59,996 nucleotides of DNA, taken from the IMG/VR virus record IMGVR_UViG_3300020042_007026, positions 1 to 59,996 of that record. One strand, 5' to 3'. Shown here one piece after another: positions 42,645 through 51,116 of the stretch (position 1 is its first letter; the number at the start of each line of letters is the position of its first letter). Source of the stretch: a virus. Lineage: Duplodnaviria > Caudoviricetes. The notes beneath the pieces were generated by a model. It saw only the letters and a list, made by a program, of their open reading frames with translations. It did no database searches and was not told the origin of the DNA. A program made the translations under genes and the position numbers.

Positions 42645-44940
42645 AGGTGATTTTGGCAAGAGCTTAGAAAACGCTAACACTTCTACTGATAGGCTCATAA
42701 AAAAGTTTAAAGAACTAGACGGTCTTGTAGGCAGACTAGATAAAAAAATGAGTGGTCTTGGCTCAGGTCAAAGTGGCAGATCTAGTAATGGATTTAGTCT
42801 AGGTACTGATGGAGCTTCTTTTGGCAATATTGCAAATAGCATGGCTAAAGGTATTGAAGGAGGTGCAAAAAGCGGTGCTGATGCACTAAGAATGGTGCCT
42901 CATCCTTATGCACAAATTGGGGCTATGGCTTTAGAAAAAGCTGGTCAAGCTGCTGGTGGTACAGTTAGGGCTATTGGTGCTTCCTTTAACATGATGCCTG
43001 ATGTTAATGCCACTATGAGTCGCATGTCTCAAGGGTATAACCTTGCAGTTATGAATGGGTATAGCGGAGCTAACAATGAGGTGCGTGCTGGAATGCAGCG
43101 TGGCACACTTGCAATGATGGGTACCGGTCTTACTGCTCCTGGAAGTGATATGCAGGTTGCAGGAATTTTGGCATCCAGTGGTGTTGCATTCGGTAGTTCC
43201 GCTTACGCTTCAAAGGTTAGAGAAACTTCTGGGTTAGCTAAATACCTAAATATTGATAACGGTGTTGCTGCGCAATCCATGGCTAACGTAACAAGCGGTG
43301 CTAGCTCATCAGCTTTGATGCGTAACCTTGGAATTATGACATCTGATCCTATGAGTGGAAAGATGTACTCTTTCAAAGATATTGCTGCGCAATTTGAAGA
43401 GAGGGTAATCAAGCCTGGAGGCAAATTAACTGCTGAGGGTGTTATGGACTCCTACCACAGAGGTTTCCTTGGAGTAAGTTTACAAAATTCAGGGTTTGAC
43501 GAAACACAACAGCAGATGATTCTTCAGAGTCTTATGAGTAGAGCTAAGACTGGTAAAGGAATAGACTTTTCTAATGCTGAGGAAATGGATAAGCTTGCTG
43601 CTGACAACCCTATGCTCGCTCAATATAGACTGAATACTTCTGATACTAAGCAGATGCAAAAGGCTGAAGGTGCTTATAAAACGGGTGTTGATGCTGCTGT
43701 TGGTGGATTAGAAGTGCTTAACAATGTAGCAGGAGATCTTGCTGCAACTTTTGGTGCTTTAAAATCTGGAGTAGAGGTATTTGCCGGACATCGTGCAGGT
43801 TCTGGGGTTATAGACGTTATTAAAAGTATTTTTCCTGGTGGTGGCGGTGGTAGCCAAACTATGGGCACTGCCTTTGCTTCTGGATCTATGTCAAGTATTA
43901 GTGGTGTAGGTGGCAGCTATAGCGGTTCACGTGGTGGTGGCGATACCTCAACTGTTGTTGCAGGAGATGCCCCATCTGCAGGTGGATCTACACCAGCTCC
44001 TAGTTCTGGTACTGGATCAGGCACAGGTGGAACAGGTGGAACCTCAACAAATGCAAAACCACAAACATCAAATAAACAGTTTTCATGTATTAAACCCATA
44101 AAAGGTGGAAAGGTAATCGCTGATTATGGAGTTAAAGGAGCTAGATGGAAGGGCGGTACCCACAAAGCTTTGGACTGGACTATTCCTGAAGGTACTCCCG
44201 TTGTTGCAGCCCATGATGGTATAGTACACATTTCTGACAACCTTCAGTCTGAGGTAGGTCGCTACATTAGGCTTTGGTACACAGGTGCTGGGCAAGATAG
44301 GACTTTTTCTACAGGCTATGCTCACTTAAGTAGTTTTGCTGTTGCTGACGGTGCAAGCGTGAAGCAAGGAGACCTTATCGCATACAGTGGTAGAACTGGA
44401 ACTAACTGTGACGGTCCACACCTTCACTTTGAAGTATGGAGAAATGGTCAACGTGTAAACCCACATGACTACATTACAGGAGAAGCATCTGGAACTCCAA
44501 GTGCTTCACAGTCATCTGTAAAAGGAGCTAACACTTCAGGAGGAGATGTTGGTACATCTAGCACTAAAAATGCTCTTCCTATTTCTTATACTGCACAGCA
44601 ACAGGTTGCGTTTAGTAGAGGAAACGTTTCTGGATCTGGAAAAGTAGACTACTACGGAGGAGGCGGTGGTGGAACATCTTCCTCAATTGCCGTAGATCCT
44701 TTATCAGGTGCAGGGTACTCACCTACTCCAACTGCCACAAACTATCTTGCTGTTACTAGCCAAGGTTCTGAAACAAACCATCCTTTGTTAAAGGGCAGTA
44801 GTGGAGGCGGTAGCTCTCCTAACGTACAAATTAATTTGACTATTGGTAGAGCAACAGATACTGAAGCAAGACAATTTGCGCAAAAGGTCAAAGAGTACTT
44901 GGAAGAAGACAGATTAATTTCAAACATGGGTAGGTCATAA
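42637..44940 (+). CDS. tape measure protein with C-terminal M23 peptidase
   Basis: Helical Ala/Gly-rich N-terminal part; HKALDW, YAHL, GPHLHFEV. Confidence 0.85.
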   Translation: MSEGDFGKSLENANTSTDRLIKKFKELDGLVGRLDKKMSGLGSGQSGRSSNGFSLGTDGASFGNIANSMAKGIEGGAKSGADALRMVPHPYAQIGAMALEKAGQAAGGTVRAIGASFNMMPDVNATMSRMSQGYNLAVMNGYSGANNEVRAGMQRGTLAMMGTGLTAPGSDMQVAGILASSGVAFGSSAYASKVRETSGLAKYLNIDNGVAAQSMANVTSGASSSALMRNLGIMTSDPMSGKMYSFKDIAAQFEERVIKPGGKLTAEGVMDSYHRGFLGVSLQNSGFDETQQQMILQSLMSRAKTGKGIDFSNAEEMDKLAADNPMLAQYRLNTSDTKQMQKAEGAYKTGVDAAVGGLEVLNNVAGDLAATFGALKSGVEVFAGHRAGSGVIDVIKSIFPGGGGGSQTMGTAFASGSMSSISGVGGSYSGSRGGGDTSTVVAGDAPSAGGSTPAPSSGTGSGTGGTGGTSTNAKPQTSNKQFSCIKPIKGGKVIADYGVKGARWKGGTHKALDWTIPEGTPVVAAHDGIVHISDNLQSEVGRYIRLWYTGAGQDRTFSTGYAHLSSFAVADGASVKQGDLIAYSGRTGTNCDGPHLHFEVWRNGQRVNPHDYITGEASGTPSASQSSVKGANTSGGDVGTSSTKNALPISYTAQQQVAFSRGNVSGSGKVDYYGGGGGGTSSSIAVDPLSGAGYSPTPTATNYLAVTSQGSETNHPLLKGSSGGGSSPNVQINLTIGRATDTEARQFAQKVKEYLEEDRLISNMGRS

Positions 44941-46484
44941 TGCCAGCTGGTTACGAAGACAACAGTAATATTACGAACGAAGAGGTGCTGCAAGCCAACC
45001 TGGATCTTCCAAAAGCTAAGGCGTATGTAAAAACTCTACAAAAATCTATTAATGCATCAAGAAAAAAGTTAAAAGATAAGCACCGTGCTGGTGAAACTTG
45101 GAAGCTTTGGGTAGGGGCTGATGCATCTGGTGCGTTTAGTTTTGGCTCTCAACCATACTTTGACTTAGTTGCTCCTAGTGTTAACTCTATTAATGGGTCT
45201 GCCACACCCCTAAATGAGCCTTTCCAACTATATTTTACAGAGGCAGAACGCATAAGATATGCTGTAGAAACTGGTACAATCGATGGCTTAGGGTACCCTA
45301 CTTCCAGAACTCCTTACTCTGTATGGGTTATGAAATACAGGGCGGGTGCCTACAGTGAGTACTACAAACCAAGTTTTAGAGGTAACACAAGCCTTTTTGG
45401 TGGAGGATGGTTTAATGAAGCGCTCTATGATACACTTACCCATTCTAGCGTTCAGAGAAGGTCTATTGCTACAACAGTGTTTATACTTAGTGATAAGCAA
45501 GTAGAGTACTGGAAAGAACAAGAAAACATCAATAAAAAGATGTACTCTTTAAGACGTGCAAAACGTAAAGTACAGGAATACGAAGACATTATTGATTCTG
45601 GACCGGACATTAGTTTAATTGCTCCGGATGGTACTCTAAACCAACAAGCGTTTATTAACATGGTATACAACGTAGGTAGTGTTAAAGAAGCATACTTTAG
45701 TTCTAGAACTGATTTTTTAAATGAGTTAACTACTCTACGAGAAGTAAACACCCCTACAGCTGTTACAAATGCATCCCAGCTATGGGTTAGTGGATTTACA
45801 AATAAAGGGATGATTCAGCCTGATACAAAGTTAGCTACTCAAAACTTAAATATGCCTGAAGAAGTAGCCCTGCCTTCAGTAGACCCAAAGTCAACTGTTT
45901 TAACAAAACGGTTTGACCCTACCGGATTTCAATTTTTGTATAATCCTGCTTCTGTAGACATGCAGTACACAGGACAGCTGGGTGTCGATCCGAATATGCA
46001 GACAAATGGACTAGACCAATTTAACCCTTTAGGTGTGTATACCCAGGCAACCGTTAACTTTAATATTTTAATTAATAGAATGTTTGACTTTAAATATTAT
46101 GATAGAGCTACGGGAGTTATTGCAGACAAATACAAAAACGACAATATTTACTACCCTAGACAACCTGAAATAAGTGAGCAAAAAGACATCTTTAAAAAAG
46201 GCACAATGTACGATGTAGAGCACCTACTTAGAGCTGTGCTTGGGTTTGGTATGCCTTCCTACTTAGGTAGAAATATGTCCGATGGTAAAACAGCGGACTT
46301 GGGATTTATTACGGGTATTCCTGTAGAACTTCACTTAGGAAGTAACTTGCGTTATTTAGGAAACGTTTCTTCACTACGTGTTTCTCACGTACTATTTGAT
46401 GAACGCATGGTGCCTATTTTTACTAATCTATCCATAAGTTTTGCTCGACTTATTGACCCTACTCAATACAACACTACTTCTTAG
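44940..46484 (+). CDS. baseplate/tube-initiator protein
   Basis: GFQFLYNPASVDM, KGTMYDVEHL, PVELHLG..LRY; follows the tape measure. Confidence 0.6.
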   Translation: MPAGYEDNSNITNEEVLQANLDLPKAKAYVKTLQKSINASRKKLKDKHRAGETWKLWVGADASGAFSFGSQPYFDLVAPSVNSINGSATPLNEPFQLYFTEAERIRYAVETGTIDGLGYPTSRTPYSVWVMKYRAGAYSEYYKPSFRGNTSLFGGGWFNEALYDTLTHSSVQRRSIATTVFILSDKQVEYWKEQENINKKMYSLRRAKRKVQEYEDIIDSGPDISLIAPDGTLNQQAFINMVYNVGSVKEAYFSSRTDFLNELTTLREVNTPTAVTNASQLWVSGFTNKGMIQPDTKLATQNLNMPEEVALPSVDPKSTVLTKRFDPTGFQFLYNPASVDMQYTGQLGVDPNMQTNGLDQFNPLGVYTQATVNFNILINRMFDFKYYDRATGVIADKYKNDNIYYPRQPEISEQKDIFKKGTMYDVEHLLRAVLGFGMPSYLGRNMSDGKTADLGFITGIPVELHLGSNLRYLGNVSSLRVSHVLFDERMVPIFTNLSISFARLIDPTQYNTTS

Positions 46485-46494
46485 AAAGGAATAC

Positions 46495-46770
46495 ATGATC
46501 TACACAGATAGCAGATACGCTACAGGATCTATTAGCTATATAAACGATGCTAGATTAGAGAAAAATCAATTGTCTGTATATAGAACTTTTCCTACGCTTG
46601 TTACTAACTTCTTAGCGTATACCTGGACAGATAATGACAGGATTGATGTAGTTGCTGCTCAATTTTTGGGATCGTCTACTTTATGGTGGAAAATTATGGA
46701 TGTTAATCCTGAAATAGCTAACCCATTTAACATTACACCCGGAACTACGCTAAGGATTCCAAGTGCGTAA
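46495..46770 (+). CDS. LysM/tail-X-like baseplate protein
   Basis: DRIDVVAAQFLGSSTLWWKIMDVNP...PGTTLRIP; AAAGGA SD. Confidence 0.85.
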   Translation: MIYTDSRYATGSISYINDARLEKNQLSVYRTFPTLVTNFLAYTWTDNDRIDVVAAQFLGSSTLWWKIMDVNPEIANPFNITPGTTLRIPSA

Positions 46771-48037
46771 TGGCAATTATAAAAAATTAAAAAGGAATAC
46801 GGATTATACAATATCTTTTCCTACGCTTCCTTCAATACAAAAAACTCCTCTTTTTGTTGAGTTGATACAAAAACAAGGTAGTCACGATATATTGATATTA
46901 AGATTTACTTCCTCTAGCAATGCATGGTTTCAAAATTTAAAAACAGGTGTTCCTATTAAATTTAACTGGAAGCAGGGGCACCTTACTAACACTTGGTATG
47001 GGTATGTCTCTTTTGTATCTAAAGTTATTGCTTCACAAAAGGTAGCTATGATGGAAGTGTATTGTATAGGGGCATCTTTTGTACTAAAAGAAAGTAGTAC
47101 ACGAGTGTTTTATAACACTACTGTTACCAGTGTTGTAAAACAAATTGCATCTGAGTTTAACTTAAACTTTATAGGTGAACCCGACACTAGGAAGTTTGAT
47201 CAACTTGTTATTGCTGGACATTCTTACTGGGAGTGGATGACTGAGTACGCAAATAAAATTGGGTATGGCTTCTATGTAAACAATACAGACTTAGTTTTTA
47301 GACCGCTAGATAAGTTGATAGACAGAACAATTGCAGAGTCTCCTATTTTGGATTGGTCCAGCCCGCATACTACTATTGAGACTGAATCTCAGGGAAAAAC
47401 ACTAGAGTACCTAAAGGTATTAAATGGTGAGTTTATTGAGTCTGATCTTCGAAGATCTATAAAAGTGGTTGCTGGAGTTGATCCAGTTACTAGCCAACTA
47501 GTCCAGTCCTCAAGTAATCCTAAATTTTTAGGAACTAAGCTTCGTTCAAATGTTAGCGATGTTTATTTCTCAGATTACAGAAGTGACCACGTTGTTCATA
47601 ATGAGTTAGACGCTAAGAGCGCTTCTGAAGGTAGTGCCCATTTAACAAGGTTTAATCTACCGGCATACGCAAAAGCAAAAGGTGACCCTAGATTTAAACC
47701 GTACTCTACTGTATACATTCAAAACACAGGAAAACTTACGGATGGTTATTGGGTAGTAAAAGAGGTTAGGCACCAATTTACTAGGAATAGGCTTTATGAA
47801 GCCCAACTTCATTTGATCACAGATGGTACTGGGGTCAATGAAACTAGCACTTTTAGGCAGGCAAAACCCGATCTAATTGGTATTGTTAATTCAGGACAAG
47901 TAATGCGCTTAGATGCTCTTACACTGCGCACAGACACTACTAGACTATACCAAAACGGATCTGCTGTAAACCAATCGGGGCAAGGATTTAACCGTACTCC
48001 TGCACGTTGGATAACGACACTAAAAGGAAATGTATAA
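46763..48037 (+). CDS. baseplate hub (gpD/gp27-like)
   Basis: SYWEWM..YANKIG, GDPRFKP, DGYWVVKEVRH. Confidence 0.8.
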   Translation: MRNGNYKKLKRNTDYTISFPTLPSIQKTPLFVELIQKQGSHDILILRFTSSSNAWFQNLKTGVPIKFNWKQGHLTNTWYGYVSFVSKVIASQKVAMMEVYCIGASFVLKESSTRVFYNTTVTSVVKQIASEFNLNFIGEPDTRKFDQLVIAGHSYWEWMTEYANKIGYGFYVNNTDLVFRPLDKLIDRTIAESPILDWSSPHTTIETESQGKTLEYLKVLNGEFIESDLRRSIKVVAGVDPVTSQLVQSSSNPKFLGTKLRSNVSDVYFSDYRSDHVVHNELDAKSASEGSAHLTRFNLPAYAKAKGDPRFKPYSTVYIQNTGKLTDGYWVVKEVRHQFTRNRLYEAQLHLITDGTGVNETSTFRQAKPDLIGIVNSGQVMRLDALTLRTDTTRLYQNGSAVNQSGQGFNRTPARWITTLKGNV

Positions 48038-48456
48038 TGAGTGGAACCTCAGTATTTAAAGAGAGAACTTTAGCATTCCCATTTAAAATATCTCAAAATG
48101 GGCTAGTGGCTGTAGTTGATGACCAAGAGTCTATTTGGTCAAATAAAGTAAAGTCTGTGGTAGGGACTACTGTAAGAGAACGCGTAATGCGACCTGTTTT
48201 TGGATCTAGACTTAATGAGCTTGCATGGAATACCGAAGGGTATGCTAAACAGTCTGTGCAGTCATTTGTTGAACAAGCATTTTTGACTTGGTTGCCATCT
48301 CTAACACTTAATGAGGTCACTGTGTCTGATATTGATGATGCAGGTCAGCTAAACATATCTATTTCATACTTACTTCCTAATGATACTGCTTCAGTAACAA
48401 CAGTAGGAATTGTCGCAGTTTCTGGTAACCTACAACCTACTCAGGAGATACGATGA
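48037..48456 (+). CDS. baseplate wedge gp25-like protein
   Basis: LAFPF, GTTVRERVMRPVFGS. Confidence 0.85.
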   Translation: MSGTSVFKERTLAFPFKISQNGLVAVVDDQESIWSNKVKSVVGTTVRERVMRPVFGSRLNELAWNTEGYAKQSVQSFVEQAFLTWLPSLTLNEVTVSDIDDAGQLNISISYLLPNDTASVTTVGIVAVSGNLQPTQEIR

Positions 48457-50375
48457 CTGACGCATCTAATAACTTGCCTATTTCAATTGACTACACTAGT
48501 AGGGATTTTTACTCTCTTAAAGAAGCTTTAACAGCTAGAGTTAAGGCAAACATTCCTACGTGGTCAGGAAATGACGCTGCTGATTTTGGAGTGGCTCTTA
48601 TAGAGGCGTTTGCTTATATGGGAGACATTGCAAATTACTATATTGACCGTGTCGCTAATGAGTCTTACTTAACAACCGCAACTCAAAGATCAGCTATTTT
48701 GGGTCATGCAAGGTCTTTGGGGTATACAGTTGATGGGTATAGACCCTCAACAACTACTTTGACATTTGGTAACTCTTCTGCAGGCTCTATAACTATTCCT
48801 GCGGGAACTATTGTGTACACAGATATCTTGGTAAATAAAGACATAAAAAGAATTAAATTTACTACTGATGAAAGTCTTAGCGTTCCTGCTAATACTTCTT
48901 TAGCTTCAAGTGCGTATAGTGTGGATGCTACCCAAGGCTACCCTCTAGCAACAGCTGTAACAACTGAGGCAGAGTTAGTAGAAACTGACATTTACGGTCT
49001 TTTACTATCGGAGACTACCGGTCAAGCAAACCAGGAGTACGTTTTAAATGACAGTAATGTTGTCGATGAATCTTTAAATGTTTACCTATGGGATGGGTCT
49101 TCTTACGTAAAATGGACTAGGGTTACAAACCTTACTTTGTATAAAAGGAATGATCGTGTTTACACATCTTACATTGGAGAAGACGATTACATAAAGATTC
49201 AATTTGGAGATGGCGTTTCAGGGGCAATACCTCCTTTCGGTAGTCAGGTATGGGTGGCGTACAATTTAGGTGATGGTATATACGGAAACATTGCAGAAGA
49301 AAAAATCGGTACATCAGGAGCATATATTCTTTACGCCCCGGGTATTTCTGGATCTTCAATGAGCGCTTTGATGGCTGCGATTACTTTTACAAACACAGCC
49401 CCCGCTTTTGGTGGTGCAAATCCTGAGAGTAACGCTTCTATTAGAGCCGGAGCTCAGACAGTTTCTGGAACGATTTCTAGAGCGGTAACACTGCTCGACT
49501 ACGAAAACGTAGCACTAACATCATCTAACATTGGAAAAGTAAAAGCATACGCATATAACTACTCAAACGTAACTTTATTTGTAGGACCTAAAAGAGACAG
49601 TGTTGTACCTTCTGGGTTTGTGGTAGGTGCTGCGGACCTATACCCGGGTTATGACAGTACAAATACAACTACCACCAATGAGATGCGCAGTCTTGTAAGT
49701 GAAGTCTATGATGTGGTGACTTTGTACTCTCAGATCGGTGTGTCTGTTACTGTGTCCCCTGTTAAGTACACCCCTATAAATGTTGCTTACACGTTTAAGG
49801 CTTTACCTGGGTTTAGCTCAGTTGAAGTGGGTAGATCTATTCTTTCTTATTTATCCTCAAAGTTTTCGTATGTAAATGCAGGTATAGCAGACGTAATCAC
49901 CCAAGAGACTTTGCTTAGAGAAATAATCTCTGTAGAGGGTGTATCAACAGCTACTATCACTGTTCTATCTAGAGGTAGTTCCGGTGTAAACACAATTACT
50001 GGGCAGCCTGGAGAAGTACTTGTTATTAGCACAGACACTATAACTGGAGTAAACCAGACTGACGTTAAGCTATCCGGATTAACTGCTACTTGGAATGGAT
50101 CTACCTCTTCTCCTACTGTTGCGTTTAATGCTGACATATTTAACTATACCTACGCTGTTACGGGCACTCCTGTTGCTGGGTTTGTAATCACACCAAGTAT
50201 TTCTAGCGGAAACATTGCTGCTGGTGCGGTGATTACTGTTGGTGGAGTTATTGTGGCATCTGGAACTTCAACAACTATACCGCTAACGCTTGGAACTAAC
50301 GCTACTACTATTTCAGTTACTGATGTTAGTGGAGTCAGAACTAACTACGCGATAACTATTATACGAGGCTCATAA
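48453..50375 (+). CDS. baseplate J-like wedge protein with C-terminal cadherin-like beta sandwich
   Basis: IDYTSRDF, AYMGD..YYIDR.ANE, FGDGVSG.IP, RAVTLLDY. Confidence 0.9.
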   Translation: MTDASNNLPISIDYTSRDFYSLKEALTARVKANIPTWSGNDAADFGVALIEAFAYMGDIANYYIDRVANESYLTTATQRSAILGHARSLGYTVDGYRPSTTTLTFGNSSAGSITIPAGTIVYTDILVNKDIKRIKFTTDESLSVPANTSLASSAYSVDATQGYPLATAVTTEAELVETDIYGLLLSETTGQANQEYVLNDSNVVDESLNVYLWDGSSYVKWTRVTNLTLYKRNDRVYTSYIGEDDYIKIQFGDGVSGAIPPFGSQVWVAYNLGDGIYGNIAEEKIGTSGAYILYAPGISGSSMSALMAAITFTNTAPAFGGANPESNASIRAGAQTVSGTISRAVTLLDYENVALTSSNIGKVKAYAYNYSNVTLFVGPKRDSVVPSGFVVGAADLYPGYDSTNTTTTNEMRSLVSEVYDVVTLYSQIGVSVTVSPVKYTPINVAYTFKALPGFSSVEVGRSILSYLSSKFSYVNAGIADVITQETLLREIISVEGVSTATITVLSRGSSGVNTITGQPGEVLVISTDTITGVNQTDVKLSGLTATWNGSTSSPTVAFNADIFNYTYAVTGTPVAGFVITPSISSGNIAAGAVITVGGVIVASGTSTTIPLTLGTNATTISVTDVSGVRTNYAITIIRGS

Positions 50376-50376
50376 A

Positions 50377-51090
50377 GTGATTCAAGACGGCTATGGTAAT
50401 CGCAGATTTTATGGAGTATATAGGGGCATAGTAGTAGATAATAAAGACCCTGAAGGATTGTTTAGATTAAAGTTAAAGATTCCTCAAGTGCTGTACGATC
50501 AAATTTCTGATTGGGTGTGGGCATCTTTTCAACCGGGTTCTGGTAATATCACTCCTCCTGTTGACTCTGGAGTGTTTGTGATGTTTGAAGGTGGCGATCC
50601 TTCATTTCCTATTTGGATGGGTAGTTTTCAAGAGATAGCTCCAACAGCAGTCCGCTGGTCTCCAGCGTTTACTGCAACTGGGCTTGTGTTTAGTGGAGCT
50701 GGTTCTACATACCCAACGTATAACAGCTACTACGTTAAACAGGGTCAGCTAGTTACTTTTAATATAAAAATTGATCTAACTACTGTTACTAACTTTGGTA
50801 CTGGTCAGTACAAAGTAGAACTGCCGTTTGCACCAATTCCTAGTGCGGGAAACCACTTTTTAGCATGGGCTTGGGTAGACCCTGATTTGCCTCCCGATGA
50901 GTTAAACGGGCATATTCAAATAGTTGCTGACCATATTCCTGGCTCTCAAACACTAGACATGCACTGGTTGAAAACGACTACCGCCAACCCTAAACCTATT
51001 ATTGAAAGCACTTTATCTCAAGGAAACCCAACAACTTTTATCACAGACAGTAAAATGTATGTAAATGGCACGTACATTTGTGTTGCGTAA
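50377..51090 (+). CDS. baseplate spike protein (gp5/VgrG-like OB fold)
   Basis: FYGVYRGIVVDNKDP..RLKLKIPQV...VFVMFEGGDPSFPIWMG. Confidence 0.85.
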   Translation: MIQDGYGNRRFYGVYRGIVVDNKDPEGLFRLKLKIPQVLYDQISDWVWASFQPGSGNITPPVDSGVFVMFEGGDPSFPIWMGSFQEIAPTAVRWSPAFTATGLVFSGAGSTYPTYNSYYVKQGQLVTFNIKIDLTTVTNFGTGQYKVELPFAPIPSAGNHFLAWAWVDPDLPPDELNGHIQIVADHIPGSQTLDMHWLKTTTANPKPIIESTLSQGNPTTFITDSKMYVNGTYICVA

Positions 51091-51116
51091 GTAACCTCTT
51101 TTAGTAAGGATTAAAA

